Below, piece by piece: positions 37,885 through 47,430 of a stretch of DNA of 64,000 bases (position 1 is the stretch's first letter; each line of letters begins with the position of its first letter). The translations under genes were made by a program, and so were the position numbers. Origin of the DNA: Chitinophagaceae bacterium (lineage in GTDB: Bacteria > Bacteroidota > Bacteroidia > Chitinophagales > Chitinophagaceae); the NCBI GenBank assembly GCA_036262095.1, contig DATAJQ010000238.1, positions 4,304 through 68,303 on the forward strand, written 5' to 3'. The notes below the pieces were generated by a model, which saw only the letters and a program-made list of their open reading frames with translations, searched no databases and was not told where the DNA came from.

Positions 37885-39039
37885 ATGCCTAAAAAATATA
37901 GCCGCAACACAGTACAACTTATTCATAGCGGTCTGGAATTCTTTGATACGCTCTGCCGCATGATCGATTCAGCAAAGCAATCGGTCCATCTTCATACATA
38001 TATTTTCAATGATGATCATACAGGGACGCTTGTAGCTGACAGCCTCATCGCTGCAGCTAAGCGAAAAGTGGAAGTATTCCTGCTGGTTGACGGCTATGCT
38101 TCTCAACATCTTCCGGTTGATTTTATCCGTAATCTTCAGGAAGCAGGTGTTCATTTCCGTTTCTTTGAACCGCTTTTTCAAAGCAGGTATCTTTATTTTG
38201 GCAGGCGGTTGCATCACAAAGTAGTAGTAATAGACGCCGCCTGTGCATTGATAGGAGGTTTGAATATAGCGGACAGATACAATACTTTGCCCGGGCAGCC
38301 TGCCTGGTTTGACCTGGCTTTGTATATAGAAGGCGCTGCTGCAACCGAACTGTATCATATTTGCCAGCAATTATGGCTGAAGAAAGGGAGGTTCAGAAAA
38401 AAAACCGGTCCATCTTATTCTGTGCCGGATGATCCCGGCGTTCATGAAGGGGTAGCGGCAAGAATAAGAATAAATGATTGGGTGAAACGCCAACAGGAAG
38501 TAACGGCCACTTATATGGAATTGTTCAGATCAGCCAGCCATCGCATTACTATTATATGCAGTTATTTTCTTCCAGGCCTTGTTTTTCGCACACAGTTGAA
38601 ACGCGCAGCAAAAAGAGGTGTGAAAATAAAAGTGGTACTCGCTTCCAGGTCTGATGTCCCTGTTTCAAAATATGCGGAACGGTATCTCTACCGCTGGATG
38701 CTTCGGCATGCAATAGAGATCTATGAATACCAGCCTACCGTATTGCATGCAAAGATGGCCATAGCTGATGATGAGATGCTGACCATTGGGTCATACAACG
38801 TTAATAATATCAGCAGGCATGCCAGTATTGAACTGAATATTGAGGTGAAAGACAAAGAATTTGCCAGTGAAGTGCTCCAGGAAATTGACCGGATCATTCA
38901 GAGAGACTGCAAACCGATCAATACGATGACCTATACAACCCGTTTATTTTCTTTCAAGCAATTCCTGCAATGGATCGCCTTCCAGTGGGTCCGGATAATG
39001 ATGACAGTAAGTACATTCTATTTCAGGCAAAAGGAATGA
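37885..39039 (+). CDS. cls: Phospholipase D-family cardiolipin synthase (ClsB-like)
   Basis: Two HKD motifs: HHKVVVIDAACALIGGLN and LHAKMAIADDEMLTIGSYN. Confidence 0.8.
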   Translation: MPKKYSRNTVQLIHSGLEFFDTLCRMIDSAKQSVHLHTYIFNDDHTGTLVADSLIAAAKRKVEVFLLVDGYASQHLPVDFIRNLQEAGVHFRFFEPLFQSRYLYFGRRLHHKVVVIDAACALIGGLNIADRYNTLPGQPAWFDLALYIEGAAATELYHICQQLWLKKGRFRKKTGPSYSVPDDPGVHEGVAARIRINDWVKRQQEVTATYMELFRSASHRITIICSYFLPGLVFRTQLKRAAKRGVKIKVVLASRSDVPVSKYAERYLYRWMLRHAIEIYEYQPTVLHAKMAIADDEMLTIGSYNVNNISRHASIELNIEVKDKEFASEVLQEIDRIIQRDCKPINTMTYTTRLFSFKQFLQWIAFQWVRIMMTVSTFYFRQKE

Positions 39040-40050
39040 TCAATTCCCTTTTATCCTTCTGATAAATGATTCAGTCCTTTTCAAGTCCCATCCTTCAAAA
39101 CGTCCCCGCTGCACCACGAGATTATTTGCTTCGGGTCTGTCGCAATAATAATAGAACGTAAATCTTGCTTTCGGATTCTCCCAACCGGCTATCTGTCCAA
39201 AACGAAGTACATTAAAAATAAGCGTATCGTTTCTTCTTTCCACCGTATAGTATCCGTGGGCAAATACCTGGAGATCTTTTACTTCTTCTTTGTTCTCCAC
39301 GAGATCAAGTAAGGAATCCTGCCGGGGAAACCAGGTAAAATTCATTTGCTCACTCCTGTCAAACACAGAGCGGTAAGCAATATAGTATCCATCATCCTTT
39401 CTTACCACCGCCTGCCAAAGCCAGGTATTCATTATAGTCGGTATGGTAAAATAATGATCGGAAGGGATGTGTTGTGCTGCAAGATTTTTACGCACTACTT
39501 TATCTACCTGCAGTTTATTGGTGATGGCATAAGCCAGGTAAAGCACACTCAGGCCAATACCGATCTCCCAGCAACGCTTTCTTCGCCTGTCGTGCCGCCG
39601 CAGTATCAATAATCCAAGCACACCGAGGAATGGCCATATCGAAAAGAAAGGATCGATCACAAAAAGCACATTGAAGGAGAATCTGCGATGCGAAAAGGGT
39701 TCAAACCAACCGGTTCCATAAGCATTAAAACTGTCAATGAACACATGCACGAACAGGTTGATCCCGAATAAGAGGAACCAGGATCTATAACTCAAAGGTG
39801 TTTTCCGGAAGATCTTGTCTGATAAGAAGCTCAGAACAAGCGTGCCCACCACAATGAACAAAAGGGAGTGGGTAATCCCCCGGTGGGCTATAATGTCCTT
39901 CGTATCGCTTAAGAAGAATGCGGTAACAAAATCAATATCCGGAAGGCTTTGAGCGATAGCACCAAGCAGCATGGCTTTCTTGCCCAGTTTTTTTCCGGCC
40001 ACTGCTTCACCAATACAGGCGCCCAGAACAATATGTGTAAGCGAGTCCAA
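39040..40050 (-). CDS. Membrane-bound metal-dependent hydrolase (YdjM/DUF457 family) with an extra C-terminal domain
   Basis: MDSLTHIVLGACIGE...LPDIDF...HRGITHS. Its stop abuts the convergent cls stop with 0 nt between them. Confidence 0.7.
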   Translation of the reverse strand: MDSLTHIVLGACIGEAVAGKKLGKKAMLLGAIAQSLPDIDFVTAFFLSDTKDIIAHRGITHSLLFIVVGTLVLSFLSDKIFRKTPLSYRSWFLLFGINLFVHVFIDSFNAYGTGWFEPFSHRRFSFNVLFVIDPFFSIWPFLGVLGLLILRRHDRRRKRCWEIGIGLSVLYLAYAITNKLQVDKVVRKNLAAQHIPSDHYFTIPTIMNTWLWQAVVRKDDGYYIAYRSVFDRSEQMNFTWFPRQDSLLDLVENKEEVKDLQVFAHGYYTVERRNDTLIFNVLRFGQIAGWENPKARFTFYYYCDRPEANNLVVQRGRFEGWDLKRTESFIRRIKGN

Positions 40051-40225
40051 TTTTTATCGTTTTTATCGCAGGAACTGCAAAAACCTTTACCAGCTCTGGG
40101 TTGAAAACTACGTAAAAGCCGGGAAAATATAGGATACAGATGGGTACGGATAAAAAAATTGGACAATCACTGTTCAATTAAATGTATGTATCCGGTGAAT
40201 AGTAAATTACGGGACTGTAGGCGGG

Positions 40226-40672
40226 TCAACTCTTTTTAACATTTATTGCGCTGGGCCCGCGATCTCCCATTTCTACTTCAAAACTAACTTTATCGCCCTC
40301 TTTTACGGGGTCAGTTAAATTATTGATATGTACAAATACCCGTTCTCCTGTTTCTTTATCATTGATAAAACCAAATCCTTTTGCATCATTAAAGAAACTG
40401 ACAGTTCCTATCCTCACGGGCTCGACCAGATCTTCCCTCTTTGAAACGCCAATCTGGATATCCTCCTGATTGAACATCTTTTTGTTTCTTGGGTCAGGAG
40501 GCGTTGAGGAAATATTACCATTCTCATCTATGTAAGCCATCATTTCTTCCAGGCTTTTACCTTTCTTGCCATTCGCTTTTCTTTCCTCCATTTTCTCCTG
40601 CTTCTCCTGCCGTTGTTTTAAACGTTTCTTTTCTTTTTCCTTCTTGTTAAATGTTTCTTTGGGTTTTGCCAT
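40226..40672 (-). CDS. Cold-shock-domain protein with a Lys/Glu-rich N-terminal extension
   Basis: The CSD motifs GTVSFFNDAKGFGFI and VFVHINNL lie in the C-terminal half. The ATG at 40672 is preferred over the GTG track start at 40696. Confidence 0.85.
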   Translation of the reverse strand: MAKPKETFNKKEKEKKRLKQRQEKQEKMEERKANGKKGKSLEEMMAYIDENGNISSTPPDPRNKKMFNQEDIQIGVSKREDLVEPVRIGTVSFFNDAKGFGFINDKETGERVFVHINNLTDPVKEGDKVSFEVEMGDRGPSAINVKKS

Positions 40673-40800
40673 ATTTAATTTTTCAGCCGTACTCACGTAA
40701 CGGCTATTTAAGCCGGTAGGTGATTGAATTTGTTATGATTTTCTAAGCTGGTCAAAAATGATATTCTGACCAGTACACAATCAATGTGTGAAGACAAGAA

Positions 40801-41052
40801 TCAAACATTTTCCAGCCTGGTCATTTCAGCGCCATTAAAAATGCGCGCCAGGTTGATATCCTTTGAAGTGCTATAGGATTCCAGATGTGTTTCGCTGACG
40901 ATCCGCCACAGATTTTTACGACTCAGTTCAGGATAATCATCTGTTTTAATAAACAAACCCATAATGGGCTTCCGGGTCTTGAAATTAATACGAACCGGGT
41001 TATCGCCCTTAAGCTTGTTTTTCATAAATCTTTCTATTTCTTCGTACGTCAT
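40801..41052 (-). CDS. Hypothetical small protein (83 aa)
   Basis: ORF with no recognised motif, between the CSD and RRM genes. Confidence 0.45.
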   Translation of the reverse strand: MTYEEIERFMKNKLKGDNPVRINFKTRKPIMGLFIKTDDYPELSRKNLWRIVSETHLESYSTSKDINLARIFNGAEMTRLENV

Positions 41053-41082
41053 ATAAAAGCTTTACTATTATTAATTCAGGTA

Positions 41083-41367
41083 TTACGGAAGCAATTGCTT
41101 TGACGTATCTTTTATCCAGTTAAATACAGATATTTCGCTTTTTGCTTCCATTGGCAAATTATTGGCTATCTGCCGTTCCAGTTCGCGGGCCTCTTCCAAT
41201 GTGAACCTTTCAAAAAAGGATGCATAAAAATTGATGATAAATAATACCTGATCTCCATTAAACCTGTCGAATAACCGCCGGCTTGGCCTTCCGGCAAATA
41301 TAGCTCTCGAAGGATCCGTGATCCATTTGTAAAACCGGCCTTCCATATCGTTTTTTTGATAGATCAT
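41083..41367 (-). CDS. Hypothetical small protein (94 aa)
   Basis: ORF with no recognised motif, 30 nt upstream of the 83-aa ORF. Confidence 0.45.
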   Translation of the reverse strand: MIYQKNDMEGRFYKWITDPSRAIFAGRPSRRLFDRFNGDQVLFIINFYASFFERFTLEEARELERQIANNLPMEAKSEISVFNWIKDTSKQLLP

Positions 41368-41444
41368 ATAAACAACTTTAGATTAAAGAGCTGAAACAAC
41401 AATCAATTTATATTTTTCACAACTCAGCCTGCAAAGCCAGCGAT

Positions 41445-41714
41445 CTACCAGCGCTTGGTGTTGGGACGGTCTGTTTTTTCCCTTGCCTGCGTTACTGATA
41501 TCTGCCTGCCTTCAATTTCTTTATTGTTCAGATTATCCATTGCCGTTTTGGCTTCTGCATCAGAGCCCATTTCCACAAATCCGAACCCCCTGCTGCGGCC
41601 AGTTTCCCTGTCTGTTATCACTTTAGCAGAACTTACCTGCCCAAATTGTTCAAATAATTTTCTGAGGTCTTCTTCAACGAGATGAAAACCCAGGTTTGAT
41701 ACGTACATGTTCAT
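41445..41714 (-). CDS. RRM-type (RNP-1) RNA-binding protein
   Basis: RNP2 MYVSNL and RNP1 RGFGFVEM. The 89-aa length is typical of bacterial Rbp proteins. Confidence 0.9.
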   Translation of the reverse strand: MNMYVSNLGFHLVEEDLRKLFEQFGQVSSAKVITDRETGRSRGFGFVEMGSDAEAKTAMDNLNNKEIEGRQISVTQAREKTDRPNTKRW

Positions 41715-42068
41715 AAAAACTAGTTTAATAGAAAAAATATTTAGTGATAAAGAACGACAACAAGAGCGAAGAGAAGATGAACTATTACTGACGAGTAAAA
41801 GATTGATGCTGATCTGAACTGATTGCTGAGGTAGTTTTAAATCACTTCTGGTGAAGGTACGGTATTAATCGGGGCTTAGAGGAATTAAATTACTACATGG
41901 AAGTGAACCCTTGTCAACCAAGTGTTTAACAACCAGGGTAATTCGCATATTTTATTAGCTCTAATTAAAAGTAACACACTTTGCGTCGCGATCACCCTCC
42001 AGATTGTCGCTTTCAGACCTCATTAAACCTCGGACCGCATAATATCTTTATGAAGGAATTATATCACT

Positions 42069-42287
42069 ATGATAGAAGTTTTTAAAACAGATGTTAAAGA
42101 CAAGATATTTGCCAGTATTCTTGTAGAGCAGATACATAAAATGTATACCGGTTACACAGCCAATTTTGACCTGGATGATTGTGACAACATTCTCCGTGTT
42201 AAATCCTCTTCAGGAATTGTGCAGGCCGACCCACTTATCCTGCTGCTGGAGAAATATGGGTTTAGAGCTGAAGTGTTACCAGACTGA
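42069..42287 (+). CDS. Hypothetical small protein (72 aa)
   Basis: ORF only (MIEVFKTDV...FDLDDCDNILRV). I recognise no family. Confidence 0.45.
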   Translation: MIEVFKTDVKDKIFASILVEQIHKMYTGYTANFDLDDCDNILRVKSSSGIVQADPLILLLEKYGFRAEVLPD

Positions 42288-42302
42288 AGTAATAAAACTT
42301 TG

Positions 42303-45152
42303 CTACAATCTTACTTCTACCTTTTTACCGTTATAATTTATTTTTTTTCCGGAAATAATAAAATCCATTCCCAGTGGTTTGGCCTGACTGATAAGTTTTA
42401 TATAGATCGTTCTTTTTTGCAGCATACCATTAAAGCTCCCTTCCCTGTCTCCGATCGTCAGGGTATGCCTTTCTTCATTATAACTTAACGGGATCGGGCT
42501 AAAGCTTCCCTTCTCGTAATTATAATTTAGTCCTTCATCTTCGTACATATCAAACCGGCCGTCCCTGCCCGCATACACATATACAATCAAAGGATCAGCA
42601 GCATACTGATCAGTGTATTCCAGTTCAGGACCTGTGGGAATGATCGCTCCCTCTTTTACAAAAACAGGTATCCGCTGATAGGGGGCATCTGCATTAATGG
42701 ATTGTCCACCTTCATAATATTTTCCGGTATACAGATCATACCAGCCCTGGCCAGCCGGTAAATAAACACTTCTGTTCAAAGCCTTATATGTGTACACAGG
42801 ATTGATCAATAAGGAGGGGCCAAACATAAACTGATCACCTGTATTCTTCACTGCTGCATCTTTTCCAAAATCCATTACCAGTGCCCGCATGATGGTCGAG
42901 TTCTTATGATAAGCATCACCAGCCAGTGTGTAGATATAGGGCATCAGCCTGTAGCGGAGTTTGTTATAATACAACATGCTATTGTAAGCAGGATGTCCCT
43001 CAGGAGCAGTATTATAAATTTCACGGAAAGGGAACTGTCCATGCACGCGGAAAAGAGGTACAAAGGCGCCAAACTGGTACCAGCGGGTCTGCAGTTCCCT
43101 CCATTCAGCCAGGTCCGCTTCATTGGGCTTTTCATACCGGGGCTCAACAGAGAAACCACCAATATCCATAGTCCAGTAAGGAAGGCCTGAAAGGGAGAAA
43201 TTAAGACCTGCACTGATCTGCGCTTTCATATCTTCCCAGCGTGAAGCAATATCGCCGCTCCAGATGGAAGCAGCATAGCGCTGCGAACCAGCAAATCCGG
43301 AACGGGTAAGCAGGAACACTCTTTTATCAGGATCAACGCTGCGTTGTCCTTCATAAATACCTTTTGCATTCTGAAGAGGATAAGCATTCAGGTATTCAGC
43401 AGCAGTGCCTAAAGCTGTGGGGCTCATCTGCTCCTTTCTTTTTTGAGGAGAAACGTTGGACAAAATATCTGGCTCACTCGCATCCATCCACCAGGCATCT
43501 ATTCCTTTGGTGTAAAGCTTATCATGTATCAGTTGCCAGAAACCTTTCCGGGCTTCATCATTAAAAGCATCATAAAAGGTGGAAGTATATCCCTGCCCTA
43601 TCCAATCGCGTTGGCGATCGGCAATATTTCTTTTGTAGAGCCATCCTTTTGCATCGAATTGTTGATAAGCCGCTATTCCTTCATAAAATTTCGGCCACAC
43701 GGATATCATCAACTTCGTCTTATATTTTTTATGCAAAAGATCGATCATGCCTGATGGGTCAGGAAACCGTGTATTATCAAATTCCTGGCTGCCCCAATCG
43801 TTTTCTTTCCAATAGCTCCAGTCAAGCACGATATTATCCAATGGAATTTTTCTTTTCCTGAATTCTGCGACTGCATTAATGATCTCTTCCTGTGTTTTAT
43901 ACCTCTCGCGGCTTTGCCAGAAACCCATTGCCCATTTGGGAACGATCGGGGCTTTACCGCTCAATTGACGATAACCGCTGATCACTTCATCCATATTTTG
44001 TCCATAGACAAAATAGTAATCGATCTGTCGGCCGGCTTCGGAGTCAAAACCGAAAGTATTGTTCCACCCATCCGGCAACGGCGGCAGCCAGTTGGCAGTG
44101 ATATACGATTCTCCGCCATCCGGTATCCATTCTATTTTGATGGGATACTTTTCACCCTTCTCGAGTTGCAGGTTGATGACACTGGAACCGGGATTCCAGG
44201 GTTGTCTCCATTTATCCAGCAACAGTTCGCCATTCACCCACACTTTAATATAACCTGCATAGGTGAAACGAAGTTTATGATGGCCGCTGTTTCCGCTCGC
44301 AATAGCTCCTTCCCAGGTGATGCTCCCTTTTTGTATAGCAAACTCAGGAGGAAGTTTTAGTTTGGTATCTGTTACATACGGATAATTGATGGATGATTCT
44401 GCTTTTTCAAAAGCAATATCCTGGGGCTTGTTACGGTCATTGCAATAGCTGGCCGTCAACCACCCCTGCATACCTTTTTTATCAAACAGGCGCAGGTTGG
44501 AAAGCGGAAGAAAGGACCTGGTATCGCCTGCTTTTGAAAAGGAATAATTGTCCCATAAAATTCCATAGTTCTTTACAGATATCATAAATGGTACAGCCAC
44601 TTCCGTATTGTTCTGGAAAAGGGTTACCTGCTGATCCTTGTAATTAAATATTCCTTCCTGATGCTGTCCCAATCCATACAGTGCATCATTAGGAGCGATA
44701 TCAAACACCTGTTGCAACCTGTACATAGGTTCACCTTCCCAAACAACCGGTACGATCTCCCTACCGTTTACTTTTTTTTCGGACAATAAAAAATTCCCAC
44801 TTTCATCTTTAAAAGAAACAGCGCCAGAGAAGAGATCGATAGTTGCATTAAGAACAGCAGTAGAAAGGGTAAGGCTGCTATCTGTTGTGCTTGTATTCCA
44901 TTTTACCAGTTGCGGAGTATGAACGATCACCAGGCTTTTTGAAGACGATAATTCAATCGTAGGAGAAGCAATCACCCGAATAATCTTATCTGTAATAACC
45001 TGCAGCTTCACCAGTTTTACTTCAGCCGAAAACCGTTGATCCGGGTAGACCAACACCCCATCTTCTACAATTTTATACCGCGTATCAGGCGGTATGGAAA
45101 AACAGAAAGAAGAAAGAAAACAACAGAAAAGGAAAAATGCCATCCGTTTCAT
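42303..45152 (-). CDS. Glycoside hydrolase family 31 (alpha-xylosidase/alpha-glucosidase type) with a PA14-like insert
   Basis: GH31 nucleophile region GIDAWWMDASEPD, then GFAGSQRYAASIWSGD. The PA14-like segment is GHHKLRFTYAGYIKVWVNGELLLDKW. The signal peptide starts at the ATG at 45152 (MKRMAFFLFCC). Confidence 0.85.
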   Translation of the reverse strand: MKRMAFFLFCCFLSSFCFSIPPDTRYKIVEDGVLVYPDQRFSAEVKLVKLQVITDKIIRVIASPTIELSSSKSLVIVHTPQLVKWNTSTTDSSLTLSTAVLNATIDLFSGAVSFKDESGNFLLSEKKVNGREIVPVVWEGEPMYRLQQVFDIAPNDALYGLGQHQEGIFNYKDQQVTLFQNNTEVAVPFMISVKNYGILWDNYSFSKAGDTRSFLPLSNLRLFDKKGMQGWLTASYCNDRNKPQDIAFEKAESSINYPYVTDTKLKLPPEFAIQKGSITWEGAIASGNSGHHKLRFTYAGYIKVWVNGELLLDKWRQPWNPGSSVINLQLEKGEKYPIKIEWIPDGGESYITANWLPPLPDGWNNTFGFDSEAGRQIDYYFVYGQNMDEVISGYRQLSGKAPIVPKWAMGFWQSRERYKTQEEIINAVAEFRKRKIPLDNIVLDWSYWKENDWGSQEFDNTRFPDPSGMIDLLHKKYKTKLMISVWPKFYEGIAAYQQFDAKGWLYKRNIADRQRDWIGQGYTSTFYDAFNDEARKGFWQLIHDKLYTKGIDAWWMDASEPDILSNVSPQKRKEQMSPTALGTAAEYLNAYPLQNAKGIYEGQRSVDPDKRVFLLTRSGFAGSQRYAASIWSGDIASRWEDMKAQISAGLNFSLSGLPYWTMDIGGFSVEPRYEKPNEADLAEWRELQTRWYQFGAFVPLFRVHGQFPFREIYNTAPEGHPAYNSMLYYNKLRYRLMPYIYTLAGDAYHKNSTIMRALVMDFGKDAAVKNTGDQFMFGPSLLINPVYTYKALNRSVYLPAGQGWYDLYTGKYYEGGQSINADAPYQRIPVFVKEGAIIPTGPELEYTDQYAADPLIVYVYAGRDGRFDMYEDEGLNYNYEKGSFSPIPLSYNEERHTLTIGDREGSFNGMLQKRTIYIKLISQAKPLGMDFIISGKKINYNGKKVEVRL

Positions 45153-45275
45153 AAGCAGGCAGGTTTTAAATTCTAAGACAATGAAAATTAGCACATTTTC
45201 ATTCCGGCCAAAATACCCGGCTAATTAATGCAAAGGATCAGCTATTATAATATCAAACGCTCCTCATAAGTCCAT

Positions 45276-45338
45276 CCTTCCCGTCCTTCCCGCCTTACCG
45301 GTAAAAAACTTACCGGTAAGGCGGGAAGGACGAGAAGG
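45276..45338. repeat. Palindromic intergenic element, copy 2, in inverted orientation relative to copy 1
   Basis: Arms 45276-45304 and 45310-45338 pair at 28 of 29 positions; the loop is aaaac. The sequence equals the reverse complement of copy 1 apart from one extra A in the loop, one paired T>C / A>G change, and one unpaired change. Confidence 0.85.
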
Positions 45339-45654
45339 GGTCATTTGAGAAAGATTTTACTCTATTTATATGAAAGCAAGAAATTGTGATATATGCTCTA
45401 ATACATACAAGCTTACCTATATATGAATAAAGGCAAGGATCTATGTGTTTAGAAAAAAAAGTCTGTCTCACCGGTTAAAATACCTAACTTTGCCAATCTT
45501 TCGATGCCGATTTCAGGCGTACTACCAATAACCATCACTGCCCGGGAAGGATTTTAATCATCAGCAATCAACTCTGAGAAATTGTATTGCGTTGTCATTT
45601 TTTTACCTTAAAAAATTGAATATCCTCCCCCGGGTGGATGGTTAATCTGTAAAC

Positions 45655-46404
45655 ATGAAGAAAAAATTAAAGGGAACTTATTTACTTGTTTCGGCCTTGT
45701 TAATTGCGTTATTGCATTTGTCATTTGCATTTGGCAAAAATGTTTTCGGTTCACGCACTTTTGCCGCATTTGCACCAGACAAAACAAAAACGGATAGTCT
45801 TTCGCCTTTTTCTGGCGGAAAGTCCATTTATGATAGCCTTCGCTTAGACAGCATTGGCCTGAGCCGCGAGGCTTTTGAGTATGCACAAAAAGGCTGGAAC
45901 AAATTATTTCATGAAGGCCGCCTCAGCAATCCTGCTGTGCTGGCTATCGCCGATTTCAGTCAGCCCAGCAGCCACAAACGCTTATATATCCTGGACCTGA
46001 AACAATATAAGGTCCTTTTCCAAACCCTTGTAGCGCATGGGCGCAACTCCGGTAAGGAACTGGCTACTTCATTTTCCAACCTGCCTTCTTCTTATAAAAG
46101 CAGTCCCGGTTTTTATATCACAGGAGAAACATACAATGGTAAACACGGCTATTCGCTTAAGTTAAATGGCGTGGAAAAGGGCATTAATGATAATGCTTAT
46201 AACCGGGCCATCGTGGTGCATGGAGCAGATTACGTTGATGAGTCCTATGCATCAAGCCAGGGCTATATCGGCCGAAGCCTGGGATGCCCTGCTGTTCCCG
46301 AGAAGGAAGCACAGCCTATCATCAATACAATAAGGGATAACACCTGTTTCTTTATTTATGAGCCGGGCGTTTCTTATTCCGCCCGTTCCACTATGCTGAA
46401 CTAA
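45655..46404 (+). CDS. L,D-transpeptidase catalytic-domain family protein (YkuD_2-like)
   Basis: Signal peptide, then LVAHGRNSG and the catalytic Cys context GRSLGCPAV. Confidence 0.7.
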   Translation: MKKKLKGTYLLVSALLIALLHLSFAFGKNVFGSRTFAAFAPDKTKTDSLSPFSGGKSIYDSLRLDSIGLSREAFEYAQKGWNKLFHEGRLSNPAVLAIADFSQPSSHKRLYILDLKQYKVLFQTLVAHGRNSGKELATSFSNLPSSYKSSPGFYITGETYNGKHGYSLKLNGVEKGINDNAYNRAIVVHGADYVDESYASSQGYIGRSLGCPAVPEKEAQPIINTIRDNTCFFIYEPGVSYSARSTMLN

Positions 46405-46429
46405 TATTTTATCTGCTGCCGCCAATCTT

Positions 46430-46437
46430 TATCTTTG
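46430..46437 (+). promoter_or_regulatory. Candidate -7 box (TATCTTTG) upstream of the Gfo/Idh/MocA gene
   Basis: An exact TAnnTTTG match ends 17 nt upstream of the ATG at 46455. Confidence 0.35.
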
Positions 46438-46454
46438 GGCATTAATTCATTCTT

Positions 46455-47429
46455 ATGCTAAAGATCGGATTGTATGGCGTTGGCCACCTGGGCAAGTTTC
46501 ATTTGAACAACTGGAAAGAGATACCCGGTGTGGACCTCGTGGGTTTTTATGATCCGCATGACGATACAGCCAGGGAAGTCTCTGAAAAATACCAGCTTCC
46601 CCGTTTTCTTGACCCTGACGCGCTGATGGACGCCTGCGATGCCATTGACGTGGTCACTCCTACCAATCACCATTTCCAGTGGTGCGAAAAAGCGATCAAA
46701 AAGGGAAAGCATGTTTTCGTGGAAAAACCACTGGCCCATACCATGGAAGAAGCCCGTCAACTGGTAAAACTGGCAGAGGAATCAGGCAGTAAAGTGCAGG
46801 TAGGTCATGTGGAAAGGTTCAACCCTGCTTTCCTTGCCCTGAAGGATGTAGCCCTTAACCCGATGTTTATTGAAGTGCATCGCCTGGCGCAGTTCAACCC
46901 GCGTGGTACTGAAGTGAGCGTGATCCTCGACCTTATGATCCATGATATTGATATTGTGCTCAGCATTGTGAAGAGTGATGTAAAATCGATCTCTGCCAGC
47001 GGTGTGGGCGTGATGACGGAAACACCAGATATCGCCAACGTCCGCATCGAATTTCACAATGGATGTGTGGCCAATCTTACCAGCAGCCGTATTTCCATGA
47101 AGAAGATGCGGAAAATGCGGTTGTTCCAGAAAGATGCGTATATCGGCATCGATTTCCTCAATAAAAAAACAGAGATCATCAAGCTGAAGGAAGCGCAGGA
47201 TTCCAATGTATTTGCATTTGATATAGAAACACCTTCCGGTGTTAAAACAATCGCTGTAGCCAATCCTGCTGTGCCCGAAGTAAACGCTATTAAAAAAGAA
47301 CTGGAAGAATTTAAAGCAGCCATTCTTAACAATACCAAACCGATCGTTTCAGAAATAGACGGCTTTATGGCCATGGATGTAGCACACAAGATCCTGCAGA
47401 AGATCGGGAATAATGTGATCACCCACTGA
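46455..47429 (+). CDS. Gfo/Idh/MocA-family NAD(P)-dependent oxidoreductase
   Basis: Rossmann N-terminus [19 protein letters not shown] motif ([10 protein letters not shown]). Confidence 0.8.
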   Translation: MLKIGLYGVGHLGKFHLNNWKEIPGVDLVGFYDPHDDTAREVSEKYQLPRFLDPDALMDACDAIDVVTPTNHHFQWCEKAIKKGKHVFVEKPLAHTMEEARQLVKLAEESGSKVQVGHVERFNPAFLALKDVALNPMFIEVHRLAQFNPRGTEVSVILDLMIHDIDIVLSIVKSDVKSISASGVGVMTETPDIANVRIEFHNGCVANLTSSRISMKKMRKMRLFQKDAYIGIDFLNKKTEIIKLKEAQDSNVFAFDIETPSGVKTIAVANPAVPEVNAIKKELEEFKAAILNNTKPIVSEIDGFMAMDVAHKILQKIGNNVITH

Positions 47430-47430
47430 T

